DNA of 61,860 bases, counting the filler, from Nemertoderma westbladi (lineage: Eukaryota; Animalia; Xenacoelomorpha): assembly GCA_032718475.1 (NCBI GenBank). It is 4 parts of 4 records of this genome, joined end to end, with 100 filler letters (N's around TTAATTAATTAA, not from the genome) between each part and the next. Parts side by side here need not be neighbours in the genome. Positions count along the whole stretch, not along the records: positions 21,972 to 36,734 come from JAUCBJ010002202.1; 3 more parts are not named here. One strand, given 5' to 3'. The position numbers and the translations under genes were made by a program. Numbering within the stretch: the stretch's first letter is position 1; each line of letters begins with the position of its first letter. The notes under the pieces are model-generated. The model saw only the letters and a program-made list of their open reading frames with translations, did not search any database and was not told the DNA's origin. Below, one piece after another: positions 22,223-33,100 of the stretch.

Positions 22223-25200
22223 CCAGTCAGGTCAGGTATTCTAGGTCATTGATCAAGAAAACTTGCCACCTCCATGCAGCATAAAGGAGGTGCCACCTGT
22301 AGCTGCATAGACCCTCTTACTAGGGCAAATCTGGTCCTGTAACTAGGACCCCCTTCGTTCTGGGATAAGGACGCCCTTGGTCCTGGATTAAGGACCCATA
22401 TACTTGGCTGCAGGGGTATATGGCCTGACCAGGCAGATGGTGATCTACCAATGGCTGGTCAGGAGTAGAGTGTTCTCATGTCCACTCTGAGGGCACTTCA
22501 CTGCGACCTGCACCTGGCAGCAAGGGTACAGGGCATGACCCAGCAGATGAGCTGCAACAGCCAATGGTGGGTCATGTACGCCAGAGTAGATATGGGTGAT
22601 GGGCCTCATATCTGACTCCATTGCGACACCCACCCTGTGGAATGGCAAACCAGGGTGTGGTATTTGCCCCGAGAGCTGACTCGGCAAAAAAGCACCCCCC
22701 AACCCCCACTATGGATTACATTAGCAATGCGGAGGTCCGGCCACTAGAGGCCAGTGGAATTACCGGACACAATCGGCCTCACAGGCGTCAGTTAACTCCT
22801 GACCGGCTGCCTGTCTCACCACCTACTGGAGAGAGAGCAGCCAACAATTCTTTGAGTCCCTTTCCTGATGACCTTTCTGGCCCAAACCCTGGGTCACCAG
22901 GGAGGCCAGATTGTGATGGGGAGAGGGATTCTGGAGTTGGAGGCTACTCTCATGTTCCACCCCGACCAACAAAGCCATTGGTGAATCTGAGGCAAGTCAC
23001 TAGACTAGCCTCAGTAAACACCCTAACACTCGGGTCCCCAATGCGACAAGGTGAGCTGACTGCCTTGGCAGATAAGCTTTCTCTTAGCGCAGTGGGTGTT
23101 CAAGAGCACCGAATGCAGACTGGACAGACTGATGAGGTTCTGATTAAGGACATGGGGGGCGGTTGGCGACTCGCCCTCGTGTCAGCAGATGATAGTGGCA
23201 ATGGTGGAATTGGTCTATTGATGAATCCAACTGCACATGCAGCATTGGACAAAATAGACCAAATCTCTAACCGCATCATCCGTTGCCACTTCTCATGTTC
23301 TGGAAGACTGGCTAAGAAGTTTCCTAAGGTGGTTCTGATTGTGTGCTACTCTCCAACTAGTGTTGCCCCTGTAGAGGAGGTGGAAAATTTCTACCACAAT
23401 CTACAAGCAGCAACTGATGGAGTGGATCAGCATGCATTCTTAACATTCCTGGGAGACTTTAATGCAAGTCTGCATCAATCACCTACATCGCCCTGGGTCT
23501 ATAGCAATAGTGTTAACCGAAATTCTGTCCATCTTCAGGATTTTATCTCTGGAAATGGATTGTTTTCGGCTGGAACCCAGTTCAAGAAGCGAACTGGAAA
23601 GCTATGGACTCATAGTGGACCCAGTGGTCACAAGTCCCAGATAGACCATATTCTGTTTCGTAGGAAATACAGGAGCTCTATACAAGACTGTAATGCATTT
23701 ACACTTCGACCCTTCTCCAGTGATCACCGCCTTATTGTGGCCAAGGTAAGACTTAGTCTGCGTGCTAGCAGAACAACGAAATCTGCCTTGCCACGGCATG
23801 ACTGGTCCTCTCTGTTGCAACAGCCAAGTGTGAGATCCAGCTTCACACTACAGCTGAGCAACAGGTATGAGGCTCTTGCCTCTGAGGCGGCAGATCACTG
23901 TGAGGGCTATACTGCCTTTACAGAAGCAGTTAAGTTAGCAGCTGCAGAAACAGTTCCTGTATACCCTCGAAACAGGAAAAGGGCCCCCTGGACTGACAAC
24001 AAAATTCAGAAGTGCCGAAATGACCTTCATAAGGCGCAGAAAGAGTCCCGACTCAAACAGACTACAGCGGCCAAGAATGCAGTTAAAGCTGCATCTAGGT
24101 CCCTGAACAGGCAGTACTCTGTTAATCTACAGGAGCTAATAAACCAACAGGTTGATGCCATCAATGATGCTGACGACAGCAGGCAATCATTCCAAGCATG
24201 GAAATCGATCAATCTGCTTACTGGGCGGAAAAGCCAACCAACCACCAAGGTTAAGGCTGAATCACCAGCCGATCGCCTCAATGGTTGGAAAGCCCACTTT
24301 GAAAAGCTCCTTAATAATGACAGGGTATTGCCTGATAACTTTATAGAAGTAAAAGTGTCTGAGTCTGTACTCCCAGATATTCCCATTGGCGATATCTCCT
24401 TTGCAGAAGTGAAGGCTGCTGCAAAGAGCATTAAGACCAATCGTGCCAGTGGAGTAGATGGTGTTCCCCCTGAGGTCTTTAAAATACCTGAGTGTTTAAA
24501 GCTCATCTATCCAATCATAGTAGACATGTACCGAACAACAAGAGTCCCACATGAAATGAAAACAAATAAGTTGGTGCCAGTTCCCAAGAAGGGCAACCTA
24601 ACACTCTATGGTTCTTTTCGGGGAATCTCATTGATCTCGATTGCTGCAAAGCTATACAATAGAATGCTATTAAATCGCATCAGGGATCCCATTGAGAGAC
24701 TGCTCCGTGGAAATCAGAATGGGTTCCGTAAAGGTCGTGGGACCATGGAGCCCATTTTGGCACTTAGAAGGATAATTGAAGAGTTATCAAAAAAGAAAGA
24801 CAGGCATCTGGCTGTTATCTTTGTTGACTTCTTCAAGGCCTTTGATTCAGTCTCCCGCTCACGTATGTTCAGCATACTTTCATTATATGGGATTCCTGAT
24901 GAAATTATTGCAGCAATCAGACCAGTATATGATGGTTCGACAACATTTGTGTCTACTGCTGACGGTGACACAGAACCATTTGAAGTGTTATGGGGCGTTC
25001 TCCAGGGAGACACACTTGCACCATTCTTGTTCATAATTGTTTTTGACTATGTTCTACGCGTGTCCTTAGATCATCATAATGATGATGGGGTGATGATAAC
25101 TCCACCTACTGGCTCCAGAAGTCGAGGAAATCCTGCCAAGTACCTAACTGATCTAGACTTTGCTGATGACTTAGGAGTACTCTCAGAATCACTAGAGGGA

Positions 25201-25985
25201 GCCCAACGGCTCCTCAGCTCATTAGAACATGCTGCTTCTAGTGTTGGTCTTTTTATTAACTCCAGAAAGACCAAAATTTTGACAGTTAACTTTGAAAGTT
25301 CTCAGCAAGTCTCTGATCGGATGAGCATAAGCTCAAAGGATGGTATGCTTGAGCATGTGGACGACTTCTGTTACCTGGGATCATGGATCCGGAAGTCATG
25401 TGAGGACCTTCGAATACGTAAGGGAAAGGCATGGGCAGCCTTGAATAGGCTTTCCAGGATTTGGAAGTCACCGAGAATTAATCGGAAACTTAAGGTCCGT
25501 TTATTTAGAGCAGCAGTAGTTCCAGTACTCCTCTATGGGAGTCCATGCTGGGCTCTAACTGCTGAGGACACCAAATCTCTGGATGGCACATTCACAAGAA
25601 TGCTACGCCGGGTTCATTGTGTCAAGTACAATGCACACATCTCCAACCAGACACTATATAACATTGGAGGTGTCGCATTGGTTCCCCCAAGCTTGACACT
25701 AGAACAAAATCGCATCCGCTTTGCAGGGCAATGCTTTCGCCGTGAGGACCAGCCAGTGCATAATCTTGTACTTTGGCAGCCTCATGGAGTGAATAAGCAT
25801 GGTGGACAGCCCATGACTTTCTTGAGACGCACCTTAAAGGACACTGGCCTTGAAGATGCGGATGATCTAGCAAATGTCATGGGTGATAGGGAGTTGTGGC
25901 GGTGCAATTTTGTTGACAAGCCGGCACAGCATTCTTAAAAATGCAGCTGCAATGCAGCATGCCGATCCTAGTAGTAGTAGTAGTA
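22223..25985 (+). mobile_element. Apparently full-length RTE-clade LINE
   Basis: Single ORF, short 3' UTR and (TAG)n tail; flanked on both sides by the 20-bp minisatellite (22195-22222 and from 25986). Confidence 0.92.
22621..25938 (+). CDS. RTE polyprotein: AP endonuclease + reverse transcriptase (true start uncertain)
   Basis: Uninterrupted 1105-aa ORF. APE motifs VQEHR, GDFNA, IDHIL, SDH; RT motifs FRGISL, QNGFR, DFFKAFDS, GVLQGD, FADD, YLGS; C-terminal RFAG..LWQP. Confidence 0.95.
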   Translation: MRHPPCGMANQGVVFAPRADSAKKHPPTPTMDYISNAEVRPLEASGITGHNRPHRRQLTPDRLPVSPPTGERAANNSLSPFPDDLSGPNPGSPGRPDCDGERDSGVGGYSHVPPRPTKPLVNLRQVTRLASVNTLTLGSPMRQGELTALADKLSLSAVGVQEHRMQTGQTDEVLIKDMGGGWRLALVSADDSGNGGIGLLMNPTAHAALDKIDQISNRIIRCHFSCSGRLAKKFPKVVLIVCYSPTSVAPVEEVENFYHNLQAATDGVDQHAFLTFLGDFNASLHQSPTSPWVYSNSVNRNSVHLQDFISGNGLFSAGTQFKKRTGKLWTHSGPSGHKSQIDHILFRRKYRSSIQDCNAFTLRPFSSDHRLIVAKVRLSLRASRTTKSALPRHDWSSLLQQPSVRSSFTLQLSNRYEALASEAADHCEGYTAFTEAVKLAAAETVPVYPRNRKRAPWTDNKIQKCRNDLHKAQKESRLKQTTAAKNAVKAASRSLNRQYSVNLQELINQQVDAINDADDSRQSFQAWKSINLLTGRKSQPTTKVKAESPADRLNGWKAHFEKLLNNDRVLPDNFIEVKVSESVLPDIPIGDISFAEVKAAAKSIKTNRASGVDGVPPEVFKIPECLKLIYPIIVDMYRTTRVPHEMKTNKLVPVPKKGNLTLYGSFRGISLISIAAKLYNRMLLNRIRDPIERLLRGNQNGFRKGRGTMEPILALRRIIEELSKKKDRHLAVIFVDFFKAFDSVSRSRMFSILSLYGIPDEIIAAIRPVYDGSTTFVSTADGDTEPFEVLWGVLQGDTLAPFLFIIVFDYVLRVSLDHHNDDGVMITPPTGSRSRGNPAKYLTDLDFADDLGVLSESLEGAQRLLSSLEHAASSVGLFINSRKTKILTVNFESSQQVSDRMSISSKDGMLEHVDDFCYLGSWIRKSCEDLRIRKGKAWAALNRLSRIWKSPRINRKLKVRLFRAAVVPVLLYGSPCWALTAEDTKSLDGTFTRMLRRVHCVKYNAHISNQTLYNIGGVALVPPSLTLEQNRIRFAGQCFRREDQPVHNLVLWQPHGVNKHGGQPMTFLRRTLKDTGLEDADDLANVMGDRELWRCNFVDKPAQHS

Positions 25986-27922
25986 GCCTTGTACCACGCG
26001 TCTGTGCCTTGTACCACGCGCCTGTACCTTGTACCACGCGCCTGTGCGTTGTACCACGCGCCCGTGCGTTGAACAACGAGCCGGTGGATTGTACCACGCG
26101 CACCGTGCCTTGTACCACGCGCACCGTGCCTTGTACCACGCGCCCGTGCCTTGTACCACACGCACTGTGCCTTGTAGCACGCGCACCGTGCCTTGTACCA
26201 CGCGCACCGTGCCTTGTACCACGCGCCCGTGCCTTGTACCACGCGCACCGTGCCTTGTACCACGCGCACCGTGCCTTGTACCACGCGCCCGTGCCTTGTA
26301 CCACGCGCACCGTGCCTTGTACCACGTAAAGAAGAGTAGCCGAGGCTCAGCCACAGACCTCCACATTGTAGCTATGGTATCTATGCTATACCACCTTGTT
26401 GTCCAACCCTTCTTATAGAATAAACTTGAGAGGAGTAACAGTTCTTGACGAATATCGCAAACAATATAATTTTGTGAGCAAAAGATTTTTACCCCAAGAA
26501 AGGTCATGTGTCGACCCCGCATAATATTTCAGCCGTTGATTCTTATGCTGCTGTGAATGTCAACACCCATCGGTTTGCCTGTAGGCTCCCGAACGATCCA
26601 ACAGGTTTTGGAATCTTCAATGTCCAAAGAAATATCATTTGCACCCACATTAATCCGATCTTAAAATTTTTTAGATCTTTCTCCGAGGAACACATCACGA
26701 GGTAATCATCTGCATAATTAATTACACCAAGCCACAGGCCCGCAATGATACAACCCAATCCCAGTTCTTCCAAATCAGTCATTATTTCCATTGTATAAAT
26801 ATTGAAAAATAAAGGAGATAGAACTGATCCTTGTTTCACACCATTATGGACACGAAAACCAGTAACATCAACACTCGGTCCAAATATACAATAGAAAATA
26901 GTCTGACTGTAGTAGCTTATAATCAATAATAGCAAAGAAGGGTGAAGAATTTCTTCCAATTTCCGGTAAAGTCCCAGATGGCTTACCCTATCAAATGCAG
27001 AACTAAGATCCAGTTTGCAAAGGAATACTGGAGATCCCCCCTTTGAATAATACTCTGGAGTCTCAAAAACAAGTGCAACAACCATGTCCGTTCCTATACG
27101 TTTCTTGTAGGCAAACTGTAGGCTATTTATAGGAAATAGTTTATAGTTCATCATTATATCTTCCATGACAAGGGCCTCAAAAATTTTGCAAGCAGGCACA
27201 CACTGGATACGGGTCGATATGACTTTGTAAGAAGTCTACTACGGATGTCCACCTTTATATATACAGCTAATCGCTAGCTTGTACCATGCGCACCGTGCCT
27301 TGTACCATGCGCACCGTGCCTTGTACCATGCGCACCGTGCCTTGTACCACGCGCCCGTTCCTTGTACCACGCTCCTTGCGTTGTACCACGCGCCAATGTC
27401 TTGTACCACGCGCCCGTACGTTGTACCACGCGCCCGTGCGTTGTACCACGCGCCCGTGCGTTGTACCACGCGCCCGTGCGTTGTACCACGCGCCCGTGCG
27501 TTGTACCACGCGACCGTACGTTGTACCACGCGCCCGTGCGTTGTACCACGCGCCCGTGCGTTGTACCACGCGCCCGTGCGTTGTACCACGCGCCCGTGCG
27601 TTGTACCACGCGCCCGTGCGTTGTACCACGCGCCACAGACTTGTACCACGTGCCCGTACGTTGTACCACGCGCCCGTACGTTGTACCACGCGCCAGTAAG
27701 TTGTACTACGCGCCCGTGCGTTGTACCACGCGCCAGTAAGTTGCACAACGCGCCGCGCCCGTGCGTTATACCACGTGCAAGTGCCTTGTAACACGCGCCA
27801 CAGACTTGTACCACGCGCCCGTACGTTGTACCACGCGCCAGTAAGTTGTACTACGCGCCCGTGCGTTGTACCACGCGCCAGTAAGTTCTACTACGCGCCG
27901 CGCCCTTGCGTTGTACCACGCG
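25986..27922. repeat. 20-bp minisatellite TTGTACCACGCGCCCGTGC(C/G), split by a LINE fragment
   Basis: Arrays at 25986-26326 and 27278-27922; stub at 22195-22222. Confidence 0.95.
26327..27277 (-). pseudogene. Non-LTR RT fragment (RTEX-like; clade uncertain)
   Basis: ORF 26543-27199: LDLSSAFDRVSH, GVKQGSVLSPLFFNIY, LGLGCII, NYADD; downstream frame MTFLGV. Confidence 0.88.
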
Positions 27923-28769
27923 CTACAGTGTGCCTATTTTGTTAGTGTAACTTTTTCCGAACTATACGCGTTAGTTCTCAGAGACTAAATTTTATTTTCT
28001 CTCCAGTCGGTGGATAACATTGTTCTATAATTCTATAAACTAAGCATATAAGATATAACTGTTATCTGTACATTGGTCTTCAACAAAGGATCAACTTTGA
28101 CATTTTTTTATTGTTTCCTTTAGTGAATGCAGGGGAACAATTATAATTTTATATAGAGAAATATAGCAAATTCATTTTTCTAAACTATTTTCCGTTAAGA
28201 TTACTAAAATAACCATGGAAAGAGGGTGGCGTGCATGGGGTGGGCGGATGTTTCCGATTTGGAAATGTATTTCCTGAAAATTTTGTGAGGTACTTTATTT
28301 TATAAATTATTAGCACTTTCCGTATGCCCGGTTTCTTATATAGCTCATTGCAGTTAAAAGGTAAGTCACAACGCTCATCAAATTGGATCCAAATTTATTA
28401 TCATAATTTGTTACGATTATAAAATGTGTTATTAGGGGGAAAGCTACGACCTACTTAATTAAAATAAACATAGTTATAAAACTATATAACAATGATAGAT
28501 ACAGCTGAAATAATCAAATTATGTTTATAATCTGAATATTTTAATCACCATAACATCAGGGCTTATACTTTTATAGTTTGAAAATTTTAATTAAATAATG
28601 AAAATTATATGGTATACAAATATACGTATCAACAACTCACAAACCACCAGATAATTTAAGGATGTGTCTGTCGTTCTTGTTCAATTAATAAAGATAATTA
28701 GCGTATAATTAATATATATAATTAAATAGAGTTTTCCAATAAACGAGAACAAAAACAATACAATAATGT

Positions 28770-29021
28770 ATTTAACAACATATCAGGCAGCCTGCTTACG
28801 TACTGTAGGTAGGCTACCGGTTTTACTTATTTTATTGTACCGGTACCTGGTTTTAGCACTTTTTCATTCATTTCAATTTATTTTCAAAACTAAATTATAT
28901 TCACTTCAAAATTCAGGGCAATTATTTGTAACGTTATTTTATTATTGTCTATAACTACCCTAAAACCGGTAGCCTACCTACAGTAGGCCTACGAAAGTAG
29001 ACTGTTGATATGTTGTTAAAT
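28770..29021. mobile_element. Small inverted-repeat element (MITE-like)
   Basis: ATTTAACAACATATCA...TACTGTAGGTAGGCTACCGGTTTTA versus TAAAACCGGTAGCCTACCTACAGTA...TGATATGTTGTTAAAT. Confidence 0.6.
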
Positions 29022-30199
29022 ATTGTGTTTTTTATTTATTGTACAATAATGTATTATTTTATTGTCACCAATAATAATATTTCCCAACTAACTACCGCGG
29101 TCTGACATAAATTCATAGATCGTTATGAGATAACAATTCATTGGAAGGGGTCATTAATAAACATTACAACATGCCGCCATTAAAATCGAAAGTATATATA
29201 TAAACTAGCCTTAAAAAAAAGGCAGAAATTACAAATAAAGTTAACTAAACATATTTTTAACGATGGGAATTGTGTAAAAAAAACAAAATAATATAATATG
29301 TAGTAATATATATAGGTAGAAACGTATTAGCAAACAATACATCAATTAATAATATAATACGCAAACATGGATGGAACGCGTGAATCTGTTGTAGGCCTAC
29401 TACTGTAAGCGGATGTTTAAGTGTTTTGTGCACAGACCAAATATTATAAAACATACCAAAAATAAATACGGCGTTGCGCTAACGGTCACAACCACACACA
29501 GACCCTTCGCAGTAGTCAAAGATTGAGTGAACTCACTCTCGCTCTCATCGCCATGGAAGTGAAAAAAAAAAACAATATCATATTAAAACAACTGAGAACT
29601 GAATAATATATACATTTGGAAATATTACATTTGGAAATAATACATTTGGAAATATTTACTGATGTATTATCGAGCCCTCGTAGGCCTATCGTTTTTTCAT
29701 CATCTACAACAGCGTTGCGTATGATATGTTCATTTTATTATGTTGCAGATTTGAAACATTTATACATTAAATTTCATTTCAAACTCTATACTCAAATGGC
29801 AAGGACGACAATCACTAAGTGACCAGATAATTAAATTAATGGCATGAACTATACCTTATGTATGTTGATATACGTGAGAACTAATAAAGCATTTAAATAT
29901 CTGCAGAATTAGCGAGTTGTAAAACAGACATACATCTGAATCCCTTTAATAAAATATGTGAACTTTTTTTAATATAATATATAAGCTAAATCTAAGTTGC
30001 CATATGACATTGTTGAGGAAACTAAGGGACAATAACACTGTAAATATATACCTAAACACAAATATATAGTGGTGCTCGTTTAGAATAGCACATGATTATA
30101 TTAAATTACAGATATAATCTCTATTGTTTGTTCAGTTGAAATGTACGAAAGCTAACAAGCATAAGCTCATTGACGTGCATAACCTAATCATTATTATTA

Positions 30200-33100
30200 T
30201 TAGTCAGAGACACCATTGACATCGCGAGTTTCTTTATTTTCCGTGTGTTCCGCATCATGGTCTGCACCTTCTAGTTTGGATCTATTAACCTTATCTTTTC
30301 CTTCATTAGTTTTTAAATGATCTGTCACAACATCAATATCGTCTTTTGAGTCATCGAGGATGTCGTCATCTTTAGAGTCGTTCAGAAAGTCATCTTCTTT
30401 TGATGAGGTATTAATGTGATCGAGTTCCTTTGATTCTTCGATGTCTTCCCCATCTTTGGAGTCATTGAGGCTCGCTTCTTCTTTAGAAACCTTGACATCT
30501 TCTGCCTCCACTGAATCATTGAGTTCATCTTCAAGGGCTTCCTCTTTCTTCCCTCTTCCATTATCCTGTTCATTGCTATCATCATCACCGATAGGATCCT
30601 TCACCTCATCTGGTTCATTCGCGTCATCGATGGCATCTTTTTCCACCTCAGTAATGACATCATTTTCTTTCTTTGCGTCATGTTCATTGCTATCATCATC
30701 ACCGATATGATCCTTTACCTCATCTGGTTCAGAATCTAATTCATGGCTAAATGATCTTGTGTATCCCTTGTCTTCATCAGCTTCTTCATCAATGTCATCA
30801 GTTACATGATCAGCTGCGCTATTTTCGGCTGGGTCAGAGTTTGGTTGAATATTATCTCTATCTGGGATCCAGGATTTCGGGTCGCCATTCATAATTATTC
30901 CATCAGATACTTGAATTTCAATTTGTTGATCAACATGTTTTCCCTCTTCGGGTTCCTCACTATAATCTTCGCGAAATTTACTTTCGCCTTTTGGCTCTTC
31001 CACAACAGCATCTACATCATCTGCGACCACAAGGCCACTGTGTTGTAGAGCCTCAGATTTTTCTTTGCCATCAGCATCTTCATTCACTGTTGGGGTGCAT
31101 TCAAGGATATCGGATTTCTGCTCCTGTTGAGTAATCTCCTCAATTTCATGGCCCTTTTGATCTTGCTCCTCTGGAACTTGACATCTATCCACATCATTAT
31201 CATCCACATCCTTATCATCCACATCCTTATCATCCTCATCCTTCTCTTTAACAATCTCTGTTTCAACGTTTTCTACTTTTTGTAATTCACCTAATTCTCC
31301 TTTAGCAATGAATTCCTCTATTTCAGATAACATTTCTCCATCATCAACATTGCCTGAAGTTTTTATATCCTCAGTAACCGTTGCAATTGTTTCAGTTGTC
31401 ACTTCTCCGCCCTCAACTGTTGTTACAGTTTTCTTAGTTACATGTTTAGAAGCGATTACTGTTGTTGTTACTCCTGGCGTTAAAACCATAGGTTTAGATT
31501 GTTCTTCATCCTTAATTTCATCTGGCTTGCTATCCTCTACATTTGTAACATCTTTAGTTTCTTCCTCCACTTCAGTATCAATAATGGGCCTCATTCCCTC
31601 CGCCAATTCTAACATACATTGAGGCTTGGGGTTGATCTTAGCTGAAAGTGTAAATCTTTGTAATTCACTCCCAGAACTCAAATAGAAACCTTCTCCCTGG
31701 CGAGTGAATATACAACTAGCTATTGCCGATCTATTATCTCGTTCTATGGCTCTAATCCTAACCTGCTGTTTTAGGTTTTGTGTGGTAAAGGCAAATAATT
31801 CACCATGATTATTAAGGAAAATAATACAATTCTCAAAATGTCCCACATCAACAGTGCTTCCCAATGTAGCAAATCCGACCTTTCTTACACGAGACCCATC
31901 TTGAATGGCCAACCTATGTTTTTTAGCAGGCTTCAGAGAAGGCAAATGAAAAATTTTAATTTGCTCCTCTGAACATAACAAAAGGCCATGTTTTCCACCA
32001 ACATCAAAAGGGGTGTTTTCACCATGGCGTGGAGATGGATTCCCATCTTTATCAATAATTGTCATTCCAATAACAGGAGCTGCATGCTTCAGCTTAATAT
32101 CTTTTGCGATTGATGCTTTAATTGTAGTCTCAGCACGTTTTTCATCTGATGGAACATCGAGAAGGTAAGATATCACCTGACCACTTTGTGTACCAGCCCA
32201 CAGAGTGTGAGTGCTTTTAATATGGTCCCGAAGGAAAGTTTCTGCAAAGAAAATATGGCGAATCATAGATGGTGTTGTCACCTCATCCCTTTTTGATTCA
32301 GTAAATTTCACAACCCTAACAACCTTCTCTTCAGTATGTGTGCTATCAGAAGCAGGTTTATCAGCAGGTTTGGCCTCTACTGGAGTTTCTGAGTCCACTA
32401 CCTTTTCCTCGGCTGATGGATCGACTTCTTTATTCTCTGAGTCACCGGATTTCTCAACATCTGGCGAACTTGTGCTTGTGCTAGCCTTTTCACCGCTTGG
32501 ATGCCGCTCAGGTTTCTTTTTAAGGCGTCTAAATGATTCTCTGAGAGATTGCTTCAGGGTTCTTGGATGCTGAGCCTCACCTCCATCAGCGGTGCCATCC
32601 AACGTACATCTTGATGTGACAAGCTCCTTGTTGGATATATCGAAGATTGAAAAACCATAACTAGAACCGAATGCAACCAGGTTCAGTTTGGGTTCAACGT
32701 CCATAGCTGTAATTGCTGCAGGAGGAATGGATTGGACTACTAATGTTGGCTGATAACCTTCTCTGACAGTCAGACCTGGTTTTACATTTAGTGGATCATG
32801 GCCTTTCCAATTGAACTCCACGGCTCCCTGAATTATATCTGCATTTACATTTGGGATAGATATTTCACCAGCAGAATCCTTAAGCTGAAAGACTACGACT
32901 TGCCCAGCTGCCCCTGAAGTAACAACTAAGCCATTGTCTTCAGAAAAGTAAATATGTGTGATAGCTAAACGTGGATCATCAGAAAAGGGGTCGAAATCTC
33001 CAACCCTCCTAAATGGTGGCTGGCAATTATCTGCATCAAGCGACTCAGGTTCTGCATCAGGAACAAATATGTCACTAGTATCCAGCTTGTAGATCTGTTG

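Noticed and set aside
22223-22620. HDV-like ribozyme in the RTE 5' UTR
   Set aside because: Hairpins exist (CACCTCC/GGAGGTG, CCTGACC/GGTCAGG), but I could not assemble the nested double pseudoknot by eye; needs a descriptor search.
25867-27945. Many overlapping repetitive ORFs (WYKARCA, VVQGT etc.)
   Set aside because: Translations of a 20-bp minisatellite that lacks stops in most frames.
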